Shown here: one piece after another, positions 13,301 through 29,215 of the stretch | Layout: each line of letters starts with the position of its first letter | Position numbering within the stretch: position 1 is the stretch's first letter | DNA from: Octopus sinensis | Taxonomy: Eukaryota | Assembly: GCF_006345805.1 (NCBI RefSeq) | Contig: NC_042997.1 | Span: forward strand, 5,518,001 to 5,582,000 | Direction of reading: 5' to 3' | Length of the DNA stretch: 64,000 bases | Made by a program: the position numbers and the translations under genes | The notes under the pieces: model-generated | What the model saw: the letters and a program-made list of their open reading frames with translations, nothing else | Databases searched by the model: none | What the model was told of the DNA's origin: nothing

Positions 13301-13949
13301 TTTAACCTTTTTGGTGGCATCCAAGAGTAGCTGCAGTCAGGATTAGTATTATCTTAAACTTTCTATCGGTGTTGAAAATTATAAAGATAATATTCTGAGA
13401 AATTATAAAATTTCCCAAGATATTAAATGCATTTGTATTCAAGTATAATTTACTAGTGACATGTATTCTCCCAATCTAGCGAGTTTGCAAAGAATGCTGT
13501 TTTTCACTTTAATTTCTCTAACCCACATGGCGGAATATTAAATACCAATTAAATTCACATAGCTCTTAATCCCTGCAGAAACCGAAACCGTAATTGCTAA
13601 TACATTAATTATATTCACGGTTTTATTTAACTTTTTTCCTTGTTTCCGAAAACAGCTAATAAAACGAACGATTATAAATCAAGACCAGCGAATAACATTA
13701 TGGGAAGTCATTATAATTATTGTTATCATTTTTATTAGTTTAAATATTTTTTTTTCTTTTTGCCTCCTGTCACCGTTCAAGCGCTCTTTAGTTTGCTTTA
13801 TACAGGTGCTTTCTATTCTATCCAAAGTACTCTGCATTACTATGTTTGGAGCACTTTATGATGCGGGTTTTTTCTCCATAGTAATTTTTACGAGGGTAGA
13901 CTGAAAAGTTCATAAGCTGAACAGGAAGAAAGGATACTAGAACTGTGTC

Positions 13950-14010
13950 CCCTTTCTCAAACTTCCAGGCCTTGTACCTTTAGTAGAAAGAATTATTATT
14001 ATTATAATTA

Positions 14011-14046
<36 letters not shown>

Positions 14047-14081
14047 CATTACTATTATTATAATTATCATTATTATTATTA

Positions 14082-14126
<45 letters not shown>

Positions 14127-14155
14127 CATTATTTTTATTATTATTATCATCATCT
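13950..14155 (+). repeat. SINE-A 3' end followed by long (TAT)n tail inside the mariner
   Basis: ggccttgtacctttagtagaaagaattatt matches the family A tail, then ~160 bp of (TAT)n. Confidence 0.75.
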
Positions 14156-14289
14156 AGTGAGCGATATTTCGACATCTTGTGTGTCTTCAACTGGTTCAAA
14201 AAAAAAATTGTCAATCTACTTCATTTTGGTTAATATATAAAAGATTCGGGTAACCCCTCCTGAAGATATAGAGTCAAAATTAAATATCA

Positions 14290-14845
14290 ATGGCCCTCTT
14301 CTCTGAAGCAGGTGAGGAAGGGTGGTTCCACAGCATGGAATGGCACTTTGTCTCTATCAAAATGTCATGAACCCAACAATTGTCCTGGGTTAGGAAACGT
14401 CCAGATAGATGTGCTTCTAGTATTGTCAATTTTCTTGTGATGTGATCAGCCTGGTGTGCATTTTATCAGGATACAGAAGACGTGGCACCTACCGAGAAAA
14501 AGACCTTCCTCGTGCCAAGTTCATGGCGCAGAATATTCTCAACTGTCTTATGGGACATGATGATAGCATTGGCTATTTGATTTGTAGTCAATCGCTGGTC
14601 ATCCATCACAATGTGGTGAACACGATCAATGTTTTCCTCAATTGTGATATTTGCATGACGTCTAGAACTTGGGTCAACTTCAAGACTCTCTCTTCTCCTC
14701 ATAAATTCAGTTGCCCACTTTTGCACTGTTGATGAAGCTGGAACTCATCCGCTATTGTAGCAACCATGTCAGCATGAATGTTGTTGGAGCCTAAACCCTT
14801 TTTCTGCAGGTAATTGGTAACACCCCGATGCCAAATTTGGTCCAT
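14290..14845 (-). pseudogene. mariner transposase N-terminal (HTH) fragment, frameshifted
   Basis: ORF 14466..14726 plus adjacent frames resemble mariner HTH and the approach to the WVP motif. Confidence 0.85.
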
Positions 14846-15289
14846 TTACAAGAGATGTCACAACTAGTCACAAACTACATTTGAAGTGTTCTTTGAACAG
14901 TCTCTTGTCACTTTTACCAGAAAAGAAAGAATTCAGAGAAGAATAAGAATTAAAATCAATGAATGCAAGATTTCACAGCCCTAGCGTCACTCCTTCATGT
15001 TCAGCCAATGAACTTTTCAGCCATCCCTTGTACATAAATGCCCAGGTAGTTAGGATATGTTTTGTCATCCGCTGCTTTTGTTTTCAAATGCACCAGTCAT
15101 TAATGCTGATATTTATTTTAATTATCTCTATTCTGGTTTTCCCTGTTTCCAAATGTTTATAAATGGATAATTTAACATTTTTTTTGTGATGGTGGTGGGC
15201 GAGGGTGAAAATTATTGTCTCAATGCCAAAAGTATTCCAATCAGAAACACTTCCATTTTGATTACTATACCCCGACAATTTTCCTACAC

Positions 15290-15475
15290 AGGCAGAATCG
15301 TTAGCGCGCAAGACAAAATAATTATCCGCATTTCGTCCATCTCTACGTTTGTTCTGAGTTCAAATTCCGCCAAGGTCAACTTTCATCCTGTCGTGGTTGA
15401 TGAAATTAAGAACTAGTTGAGTAATAAGATCGATGCATTTACCTCTCACCCAAAATTTCAGGTTTTGTACCTGAG
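15290..15475 (+). mobile_element. SINE family A, diverged
   Basis: ggcagaatcgttagc head, gagttcaaattccgccaaggtcaac B-box region. Confidence 0.8.
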
Positions 15476-15819
15476 CTGGCGGAATCATTGGGATTACGGA
15501 GAAAACATTAATGCAATGTGGCTACCAGCTTTTGGACTAATAAACAAGCTGTGCTTTGTCACTGTATTTTTTCATGGAGAAAATGTCTTGCTGCTGTCAA
15601 TGGTGTAAATATATCCCAGATCAATTCGCAGCACCCATCTTCCCGACTGTGAGATGCAACATTTCGTAGTAGCTATCTCCTCTTCGTCACATACACTGGG
15701 TAGGGGGGTTTGCGAACTGATGAAAGCGTGATTTTCTTACACTGTTTCAGTCATCGTACGATGGCTGATAACGCTACGCAGCGGATCACCGAGGTTAACT
15801 TACAAGAAGGACTCAATAT

Positions 15820-16701
15820 TGTTGAAATCAACATCCAAGTCCAACTGATTTAAGCCAGCATGGAAATTTAGAAGTCGCAAAAACTATCACTTCTAGATGG
15901 AGCTAAATGAGTGAGAGAGAGAGAGTGAGTGAAAGAGAGAGTGAGTGACAGAAAGAGAGAAAAAATTACAAAATATCACTAAGAGAGGGAATGCGACACA
16001 GATGTAGAGGGAAGAAGGTATAGTACTGCTGGATTAAGAGGAACTAAACGAACAATGAAAATACGACCGAGGGAGAGAAAGAAAAAAAAAAGCGGCGATA
16101 TTATCATTATAAGAGGGATTGCGAGGGAGAACATGATGTTTACAATATAGAAACCATTTCGAGAAATAATGCTGTTGTTACGAATAGAACATTGGTTAAC
16201 TTACATGGAGATGAAAATGCTGCTGTTAACGACATCTAAGTCCAACTGCAGCATGGAAATTCAAAAGTGGCAAAAATTATCGCCTCTAGGCGGAACTAGA
16301 GTTCAAGTTGAATAACGATAGGCAAAATTTCATTAACAGAAAGGCGGCGAGCTGGCAGAAACGTTAGCACGCCGGGTGAAATGCTCAGCTTTATTTCGTC
16401 TGTCTTTACGTTCTGAGTTCAAATTCCACCGAGGTCGACTTTGCCTTTCATCCTTGCGAGGTCGATAAATTAAGTACCAGTTGCGTAGTAGAATCGATCT
16501 AACTGACTGCCCCCCCAAAAAAAAAATTCGGTCCTTGTACCAAGAGTAGAAAAGTATATCACTAACAGACATAGATGGGGAGATAGGAAGGTAGGAGAAA
16601 ACAACAGAAATATCGTTAAAAGAGGGAAAGGAAGAGAAAGGAAAAGGAGATGGTTACAATGCTGCTATGGCGTTAAAAGGAAAAGCATACAATAAAAATA
16701 C

Positions 16702-16765
<64 letters not shown>

Positions 16766-17000
16766 AAGCAGCGACATCTTCACTAAGAAGAAGAGACGGA
16801 GCGGATGTAAGCTACAATATAGAAAGTATTTCGAAAAATGGCTGTTCTTCATTTACATTGAGGAGGCAATGCGGCTGTTGTCGACATCCAAGGCCAACTA
16901 ACTTAAATCTACATGGAAATTCAAAAGTCGCAAAAACTATCACGTATAAATGGAGCTGGAATTTAAGTTAATCAAAGATGAGTAAAATATTGCTGAGAGA
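15820..17000 (+). repeat. Three diverged tandem units of an unidentified repeat
   Basis: Motif gacatc.aag.ccaact...catggaaatt.a.aagt.gcaaaaa.tatc at ~15830, ~16230 and ~16880. Confidence 0.7.
16341..16554 (+). mobile_element. tRNA-headed SINE family A (tail type 1), well-preserved reference copy
   Basis: aaggcggcgagctggcagaaacgttagc (A box), gagttcaaattcc (B box), gtcgataaattaagtaccag body, ccttgtaccaagagtagaaaag tail. Confidence 0.92.
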
Positions 17001-17129
17001 GAGAAAAAGAGAGAGAGAAAGAGAGGAGAGAGGGTCACATAGACAGAGATACAGAGGTAGGGAGACACAGGAAGAAATATTATTGCTTTACTTTTCAGAT
17101 CGCTCGGTCTTGTTTGTACTGGTTGATAC

Positions 17130-18125
17130 TTTGAGAACGGAGAGCAGCCTGTTGTCAGAGGTCTCACAGGCTCTCTTTCCGCACTTTATAAGCCTTTATA
17201 GCTGGTTGTTTATTACCGTGAATAACATTCAACATCCAAGTACCAATCTGAAAATCTTAGCTGTCCCTAGTAGAGCAAACTTCTGGAGCTTCATCAGCTC
17301 TCATGTCAATTCCGATTTCTCTGACTCCGACATTGTACTGGGAATTAGTTTTTATTACTAGTGTGCTCCTACAATTACTGGGATGACAGACACTCTCCAC
17401 GTAGTATACATTCTTGCCTTTTCTAGTTCTTTGTCACTTATGCGTACATCTCCAGGTATTGCAATCTCTTTAATTTCGGTTTCTTTTGTTTTTATCTACC
17501 ACGACAATAGCTGGTCTCCGACCCTCGTTTAGGGAGTCACATTTGAGTGTAAAATCCCACAGCATCTTATATACATTGTTACCAGTGACACCTTCTCGTT
17601 CATGTTTGTACCGTTTCCGTACTCTGTTCAGGCCGTACTTTCCACATAGCCTCCAGTGAACAAACTTAGCTGCGTTATCGTGCTTTCCTTTGTAGTGCCT
17701 TTGAACCAGCTTGGTACACTCACTCATATTTGTCAGATTGTTTCGTCTTTGCTGACACACATCCTATAAAGGGGCGATTCACTGCTTTTATCTATTTGGA
17801 GCTTGGTGTAATTAGTTCTCAGAGCTTGTTCTTGGGCACTGCATATCAGTGCTTCGGTGCATTCTTTTAGATCACTTTTTCTTAGGCATATCCAATTGTT
17901 GATCTTGTCTTCACTTTCAATTTCTTGAGGTATTGCCCATGCAGTGATTTCATATTTCAACTGTTTATTCTTTCGTCTTCACCTTGTTTCTTAAATGTTT
18001 GTGGGTTCATTACATTTTTGGTAGGTATTGTATTGTTAATTCTAACAACGGCAAGTAAGGATTGACCCTGCCGTTTGATGTACCAATCTAGAATGTTCTC
18101 GTTGACAACACAGATCTTGCATCCT
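17130..18125 (-). mobile_element. R4/Dong-like RLE non-LTR retrotransposon, 3' fragment (copy 1)
   Basis: Frameshifted HGQY...EALICSAQEQALRTNY...CCHC-like knuckle...KHDNAAKFVHW...MLWDFTLKCD...RRPAIVVVDK...LQKFALLGTAKIF; restriction-like endonuclease layout. Confidence 0.85.
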
Positions 18126-18690
18126 AAGAGTTCCCGTTGTGCCAATTTAGGGCATTTGCTAACGATGTGCCATAGCTTTTTACCCATTCACCATACATCC
18201 TGTATTTGTCGCTGTCGGCACTGTTGTCGATCATGTACTTCACACAGTTAATCCTTAACACTTGTTGTTGTGCTGCTCATATAAGTACTTCTGTCTCTAT
18301 CTTCAGGTCACTCCTTCACATCTATAAACACTGGTCTTCTGTATCTATTTTGGCGTTCGCAACCCTTGCAAACTGACCATGCATTTTTTTCCTTCTATGT
18401 TGTTTCTTCTTTGTGGTATTTTCTTCCTTAAGTTTTCTTTACACAGCTATCAGTTTTAATGATGCCGGACCTCTTCGCAAGTTTCACCAATGATTCCACA
18501 ATATTTTTTTACATACAACTATAAGCTGTTTTCCTCTGCTTCGATACAATGCTGGTAACTGATCGAACCTCTCACTCTTTCTTCTGGAGATGTACAGCCT
18601 ATCGGTGTCACCATTAGGGTGGAAGGCTCTTTGCACTGCTTGAAATTTGTTTCTCAATCATTGTTGAATAAGTTGGGTTCGATAAGTGTA
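18126..18690 (-). mobile_element. R4/Dong-like RLE retrotransposon, internal fragment (copy 2)
   Basis: FHPNGDTDRLYISRR...EENSL...MHGQFA...WHIVSKCPKLAQRE; overlaps the same domain span as copy 1 but is diverged. Confidence 0.8.
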
Positions 18691-19123
18691 TTAGTCATTT
18701 ACTGATAAATAATCCAAGTATATAGAAAGAAATGACTACAGAAAAAATAATAATAAACTATGAAATAAATATTTAAAGCATCTGTTAGATATAATTGCCT
18801 TTCCTAATTTGCTGAGCTGTACTAGATGGAATGATATGAAAGCAGGGAAAATTATCACAGGCTACAACGAAACGTAGGCGGAAGCTTGTACGTTTAATAA
18901 TGAATTCGAATATTTGCTACGTGCTTATATTCTCCTCATTGATATTTATCCTATCAGTATGTTGCATGAAATATCTTTCTACGCAAATAATCAAGTTTTT
19001 GTGGTCGATGAAGTAATACAAAAATGAGCCTGTTTAAATTTGTAGAATATAATACGCAGAATATATATATACACATGTATATTTGTGTGTGTGTATTTGC
19101 GTGTGTATGTATATGAGTATATG

Positions 19124-19166
<43 letters not shown>

Positions 19167-20735
19167 CATCATATACCAATAGAATATCAGCAAGCAGTAA
19201 AAACATGAATAGAAAGCTTTTATAGTGAATGACTGTTAATAGACATTAAAACATCACCATCATTCTCAATAATTTTGTAATTAACACAGATTTTGATATT
19301 TATATAAAAACAATATGCTACTTATTTCATTGAATACATAGGAGTTTTGTCTACATTGCAATGCATAATGTATGTTAACATCAAAAATACATATAAATTT
19401 ACATTTTAGATGTCTTAAAAATGATATAATGACGTGACGCTAAAATACTATAACTTTAGATGATACCAGAGTAATAACGATCTCTTATTTCCTGCAATGA
19501 TATATATTTATTACGAAGGAATCACGATATGTCCAGTTTTAACAATAGCGAACGCTATGAAAAATGGAAATGACAAAACTGTACAGAAAAATATTCATCT
19601 CCTATTTAATTGCACTATTTTAAAATTTAGTGATGTCTCCCAAAATATTAAGAAATATAAGTAGGCTAGCTGTTTTCATTTAGACAACTTATTTATATCA
19701 GATTCATGAGATTAACAATCCATCTACGTCAAAAATCATATTTATATCTTTATTTCTATTGTTTATCTTTCTGTGACTCGCTTCTCTTCTCTATCTCACT
19801 CTCTCGTTCTCTCACTCTCTGTATAAATGTGTGTGTGAGTGTTATTTTTTGTATTTTATGTGTATTGTTATATTAAACAAACTTTAAATTGAAGGATCAA
19901 GCAATACTTTCTCGAAGTGTATCGTATTTATTTTATTCAGGAAAATGTTGACAGTTAACTCGAAGTTTCATCTTAGTAAGTGTAACAAAATGTCTTTCAT
20001 AAAAAAAAATGTATTGTTAATATGTCTAAAAATCATGGTGGGAAAGAAAGGGGTATAAATTATTATAAATTAAGTGAATATACAAATATTCTTGCGTCTG
20101 AAACTCAAAAAGTACTACAAATAGTATATTGTATATGTATAGAAATGCCACAAATTTGAGGCAGTTTTATCTGGGTCATGATGAAGTGATGGAAATATAT
20201 AGTTTAATTTGGCGGGCGAGTGGAATATATATATATAAAGAGGTACAATAGAAATATGGAAAAGAGGAACAAATCGTGCCCAAAGTCCTGCACATTTCTT
20301 GTAACATATATGTGTCACCGTACATGTCTAATCATGTGGCCTATCGGTGAGATAATATTTTATTCCAACTCCCCAACTTCCGCTTCCCATATTTCAGTCT
20401 CTGAAACTTGTCACTACAATTTTTCTAACACCGAAGCAGATGTATTTTAAAAAAAGACTAGAATAATTGTTACTAAGATAAGGTCAATCGAGTATTTTGC
20501 ATTTTCTAAATCTTAATTTGGGTTCCACTTTTCTTCTGCTATGGATTATTTTATTTATTTTGCATGAGCTATTCTCAGGGAACTTGCTACTTTACAAAGT
20601 TCTTTGACTCGAACAAGACAAACCACTGTAGGTAGTTGGTGTAGAGTCTGCCTACATGGTTTTAAGACTGCTTAAATTGAACAGGGCATAGACTCACACA
20701 GTGTATAAAATTAGTCAAGCCTCATATATATATGC

Positions 20736-20768
<33 letters not shown>

Positions 20769-21033
20769 TGTATGTATGTATGTATGTAGTATGTATGTAT
20801 GTATGTATGTATGCATGTATGTATATGTGTATGTATGTGTATATGTGAATACTAAAACTTGGTATAAGCAACTACGTGCAATATAAAATCATAAACGAAA
20901 AATTTTAATCGTCACTAATTGTGACTGACGATGCTGACTAGCACTTATATTGTTAGAAATTAGAGTTAAAACACTAAAAGCTGAATAATCTCCAAGCACA
21001 CATACGCGCACGCGCATACACTCACGCACGCAC

Positions 21034-21339
<306 letters not shown>

Positions 21340-21502
21340 TTAATGTATATAAAAATTGCATTAAGATTCAGTTGTATTAGTTACTTAGATTAAAGCACCG
21401 TGTTAGCTCTGAGTAACATGCATACTCAATAATATTAAGTGAATATCAGAATAAGTGCCGGCCACACACAGACACACAGGCACACACACACAAACATACA
21501 CA

Positions 21503-21538
<36 letters not shown>

Positions 21539-21566
21539 ACACACACACACACCACACCACACCACA

Positions 21567-21605
<39 letters not shown>

Positions 21606-22230
21606 AACCAAGCGCACACACAGATGGAAACAAAAAGAGCAGTAGGCCGAACGAGAAATCAACATGCATTTCCATTTTCAAATAGCTTCACGTATTTAGC
21701 CCATATTAGACACTAGCACAAATGATTTACACCTTGACCATTAATAAGATATAATTAAAATTTAGAGACACCCGACACAATATATTCGATAACAAAATAA
21801 CGAAATTTTAGTGAGACAGACAGTCATAGTACAGAAATCAAAGAGAACAACAACAAAACTACAAATGTAATCAATTCAGACAGATATCACATAGTCACAA
21901 CAGAAAAAAAGAACAAGTAACGGAAAACAATTTAATGAATCGAACTATAATAAAGTATCGAACTTTTTGCAATTTGGTGAAACCGCATACAATAATCAAA
22001 TAGAGACAAAATACACACATAAGTGGTCAATGTAAAACGATGATACGACAATGATAGTTGAAAGATGAATTAACGTATGTAAACAAATAGCAAGATATAA
22101 AAGCGGGATATATTAAGGAAATTGGCCTAAAGAGAAACAAAAACAGAATAGAAAATGGCAATATTTGAAAAGAAACAATTCAGTACAAAATTTATAACCT
22201 ACTGAACACAAACGAGGTGATGGATATATA

Positions 22231-22270
<40 letters not shown>

Positions 22271-22554
22271 CACACACATACATATAGCATTTAACATTTA
22301 TCTCTTTTGTTTCAGTTATTACACTGAGGCCATGCTGGCGTGCCATCTGGAAGCATTATAGTCGATGGAATCGATGCCAGAACATTATGTCGATATCTTG
22401 GTCAAACCGCTAAATTATGTGGAAGTGAAAACACCAACAGCACTTGTGAAGCACTAGTGGTGGAACAAATAATACACAAAAGGTTAAATAACCTAATTCT
22501 CCTTCTCAACCTTAACCCTAGGTAACGAAGTAATGAGTCACTAATGAATATTGA

Positions 22555-23110
22555 TTAAATCTGAAATCTGCGCTGATTTGGCTCCATCTCGCTTGTTGCA
22601 GCGAGAGAGCCTGCTTCCGTTGCCAGTCATTAAAAAGTGCTCTCACGTGGCTAAGAGATGTTTTGACTCTTATGTCTAGCAATGGTCGTGCTTGCTAGCA
22701 CCCTCCATCACTTTAGTGACGAGTATATTTTTTTGCCTTCGGTTCTAAATTGAGAATAGCCACCATAATAACTTATATTCTCACTTCAAAACTTTCAATA
22801 TCGGTTAATGTTTCATGTAATGTTCTCTATAAGGCGGACAAGGTGACTTGAGTTCTTTAACTCTTGGCGACTGACTAGTAGGTTGCTGATGAAGATGAAT
22901 CAGATTTGAAATCACCGCTGTATGACCTCATCTCGCTTGTTGTAGGGAGTGAGAGTGTCTCCCTTCTAAATCGCTAGAAAACTGCCCTCACATATCTAAG
23001 TGGTGTTTTGACTCATATATATCTGGCAATGCTGGTGCTTACCAACACTCTCGATCACATTAGTGACAACTATACCTGTTGCCTTTCGGTTCTAAACTGC
23101 GAATAACCAC
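22555..23110 (+). repeat. Diverged direct repeat pair (~215 bp; 22555-22770 and 22900-23115)
   Basis: Collinear shared blocks catctcgcttgttg, gttttgactc, ttagtgac, ttcggttctaaa, ccac..aataa. Confidence 0.75.
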
Positions 23111-23618
23111 CTAATAATGTCTGTGCGCGCATAAATATATATATTTATGCTCAAGGGGTCACATAGATGGACTGATCCAAGGAACTTGTGTTTGGAAAGC
23201 AAGCTTCTTACCAAAGATCTAAAATGTAGTCGGTTGAAAATATTTATACCATGAAATTTTAGTCGTGAGGAAATGCCTTCGTTGGACTTAAACTAAATAC
23301 GTGTTATTTCGAAACTGATAGGTTTCAGTATATACATATAACCTATCTGTATATTTGTGTATATGTATGTATATTTAAAGAGGATACAGGCGGCCAGTTC
23401 ATGAACGCAAATCCCGCTCAGAATCAACAGAGAGCCTCTTTGTGGCCATTGATCATGTTTCACTTGCAACTAAACAATAACAGCTGCAGGGTATTATAAT
23501 CCTTTGCAACCCCGAACAATGGCAGGTAGAACAGACAAACTCACTTATATGTACATAAGTATACACATAAGTATATAAACATGTTGTATATGTATATAAA
23601 TATGCATACATACATACA

Positions 23619-23700
<82 letters not shown>

Positions 23701-23723
23701 ATATATATATATATATATATCTA

Positions 23724-25896
<2,173 letters not shown>

Positions 25897-26055
25897 TAGA
25901 AGAAATAAGGTACTCAGAAATCTTGATGGCTTTATATATACAGATTCTTATTAATATGTCACATTTTTATACATCATATATTAGCGCTTGCATTCACGCT
26001 AGTAGATTCTGTCCTTCTAATATATAATACTTGTACATCACCTCTAAACCTTCTA

Positions 26056-26095
<40 letters not shown>

Positions 26096-26097
<2 letters not shown>

Positions 26098-26356
26098 TGG
26101 TTTCACTTCCCAGACTGGGCGTTGTGAGTGTTTATAGAGCGAAAACACCTATAGCTCCACGGGGATCCGGCAGGGGATGGTGGCGATCTCTGCTATACTA
26201 TTTCGCCACAACTTTCTCTCACTCTTTCTTCTGTTAGCCTGCTCGCTTAGCCAATGGGGTGGCGTCATTTGAAGGCTAAAACAATGCGAAGCCTATTGTG
26301 ACCAGCGATGTGTAGCAACATCTGATAGCTTGGTCGGTGACGGTGACGGTGACGGT
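26096..26356 (+). mobile_element. tRNA-headed SINE family C, 5'-truncated, RTE-like tail ending in (gacggt)n
   Basis: Body matches the reverse complement of 48990-49160; tail resembles the RTE 3' end at 2370-2431. Confidence 0.8.
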
Positions 26357-26575
26357 ATATACACATATATCTCAATACTTACGTGCACGTGCGTACTCAC
26401 ACACACACACACACATATTTCCTTATGTGTGTGTCGTGTCAGTGACAGAGGATGCATGTGTAATTTTTGCGTTTGCATGCTGCATATGTGTGAGTGCGTG
26501 CGTTTGTATACTTGTTAGTGATTGAATCTGTTGAATTTAATCCGGGACTTCTTCGAAATGCTCCCAAATGTATTT

Positions 26576-26783
26576 TTTTCTAATCTAGGCACAAGGCCTG
26601 AAATTTGGGGGAGGGGTAGTCGATTAAATCGACCTCAGTACGAAACTGGTACTTAATTTATAGACCCTGAAAGGATGAAAGGCAAAGTCAACCTCGGCGG
26701 TATTTGAACGCTGAACTTAATGACAGATGAAACACCGCTAAGCATTTCGCCTGACATGTAACGATTCTACCAGCTCGCAGCCC
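26576..26783 (-). mobile_element. SINE family A (tail type 1)
   Basis: Full reverse match to 16341-16554. Confidence 0.88.
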
Positions 26784-27289
26784 TGCTCCAGAAATATTTT
26801 GCGCTTTTGGTATGGTTCCAATGTCATACTATCATATTCTCCCTTAATATCCCTGATCATTTGTTTATTGGCTATCCCTAACTCCATTTTATCTTGTTTT
26901 ATAAAGCTTCAAATCTGCTTGTTTATAAAGCCAGTTTTGTTGCATTTTATTGCTTTGTTATGTACGCAGATATATTTTTATAACGGTATTCATAATGGTG
27001 TTTTTACAATAGCTTTAGTCTCTGATTATTGACTTATATGTTTTATCGTTAGTTTTGTATTACTTACTATTGAAGTGTTGAGAAGGTGTTGATATTTCTA
27101 TCGTTCTACACTGTGTTATTGGCATTTACACAGATCCAGAGAATGTAGTTTATATTATCAGACTCATTTAGGCACTACCGGTATGAAATTATACGTAGCC
27201 AACATAGAATTAACTGTTTTACATTATCTCTACATATATCTTTAGCTAGCTGTATGCCTGTATGTCTATCCGTCTCTCTCTCTCTCTCA

Positions 27290-27336
<47 letters not shown>

Positions 27337-27337
<1 letters not shown>

Positions 27338-27567
27338 ATTTCTTTACTACCCACAATGGGCTAAACAGAGAGGGGACAAACAAGGACAGACAAACGGATT
27401 AAGTCGATTACATCGATCCCAGTGCGTAACTGGTACTTAATTTATCGACCCCGAAAGGATGAAAGGCAAAGTCGACCTCGACGGAATTTGAACTCAGAAC
27501 GTAACGGCAAACGAAATACGGCTACGCACTTCGCCCGGCGTGCTAACGTTTCTGCCAGCTCGCCGCC

Positions 27568-27570
<3 letters not shown>
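27337..27570 (-). mobile_element. SINE family A, tail type 2, stand-alone, between (TA)n and (GT)n
   Basis: Near-consensus head and body; tail tatttctttactacccacaa.gggctaaac...ggacagacaaacggattaag. Confidence 0.92.
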
Positions 27571-27647
<77 letters not shown>

Positions 27648-27664
27648 ATGTGTGTATGTGTAGA

Positions 27665-27810
27665 CACAAACAAAACACACATATACGACGGGCTTCTCCG
27701 GGTCTCTATCTACCAAATCCATTCACAACACTTTCATCGACAGGAGCTTATGTAGAAGACACTTCTCTAAGGTGCCACGCAGTGGAACTGAGCCCGTAAC
27801 CGTGAACTCT
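27665..27810 (-). mobile_element. SINE family B 5' half
   Basis: ctaccaaatccattcacaa...gaagacactt...ggtgccacgcagtggaactgagcc is the reverse of the family B head and CORE region. Confidence 0.8.
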
Positions 27811-28471
27811 GCAGAGTATCCTTCTACCAAAATTTCATCATTAACTGTATTTTACCAGTTTTGCTTGAAAACTCAAGCAAAGTTGGAGCCCGAATACTTG
27901 TTGGAGCAAAATACATTTTTAAACATATACAAACGTCATGTTAAATTTAAATTTTATATATAGATCATCTTGAATGGTTCGTGAAATGCGATTTAAATGG
28001 CAAACAGATATTTGTATTCATTAAGAAATGTGTTTTTGGCCAGCTGAAAAATGTCGATGTGAATGAAACATATGTATATATGAATTATACGCGCGCGCGT
28101 GTGTGTTTGTACGTTTATATATATAATGCATATATGGAAGGATGTCGGTGTATGTTTACATACGAGAGAAGAACATTACTCATAGTGTAGAATATTTTTT
28201 GCGTTACTACGTGTGTTCATGCGCATGTCTTGTTTATATTTTCACGTTTCAACGTTTTATGTATTTTAGAGAATACGTATACATCATCTCTGTTCTTATT
28301 TTAATTGTCTTTCTTCATATATTTCCTTTATATCATTTCTTTCTCCCTAAATGTCGATCACACCATTTTTTTCTGTGCTCCCTGAACGTTATTCTTTGCC
28401 TTTCGTTCTTTCTCAAACTAAACTTCCCCTCTTTATATTATACTCACTTTCAACCTTATTCTCTCCACCTT

Positions 28472-28504
<33 letters not shown>

Positions 28505-29128
28505 TTCTGTCTTTCTCTCCACTCCCTTCTGTTTCACACGCACGATCACTCATTATTTTCCTACCTTCTGTTGTTACGGATTCTTATCGACGTATATACC
28601 TGCAATTTATTTCCCGTTGTTGTTTTCTATGCTAATTATATTAATATGATTTTTATTCACAACATTCCTGTTTTATTTATGTATTTATCTATTTAATTAA
28701 TTTGCCCTTTTTTTTTTCTCTCTTTTTAGCATTGTAAAACTGCCCAAATATATTTTTAATTGGCAGAAAATGTATCGCGTATTTTATCTTAAATTTATAG
28801 TATACATACATGCACACATATATTCATACATAGATGCACTCACACATACGCACGCATGAATGTACATACATTCATATATACGCATATGCATACACGTACA
28901 CAGAAACGCGTGCGCGAACGCACCCACACATATACTCAAATATATTTACATATATTCTGAAACATACAAACACAAGCACACAAACACAAATAGATAGATA
29001 GATAGATAGATACGTGATATATAATGTTTCGTATAATGTTTTATATATATATACGTGTTCCATATATAATAACTGTTTATTTACAATAATTTTCATATAT
29101 ACGTATATGCATGTATCAATATATATAT

Positions 29129-29215
<87 letters not shown>

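Larger units (their letters stand above)
13889..15032 (-). mobile_element. mariner DNA transposon relic with both TIRs, internally deleted
   Basis: TIRs tacgagggtagactgaaaagttcataagctga (13889) and tcagccaatgaacttttcagccatcccttgta (15001-15032), TA ends; transposase MDQIWHRGV...QKWATEF..ESLEVDPSSR...ENILRHELG.RKV. Confidence 0.9.

Noticed and set aside
16341-16430. tRNA genes at A/B-box-containing heads (also 9464 and 49204)
   Set aside because: No complete cloverleaf; each continues into a SINE body and tail and is multi-copy.
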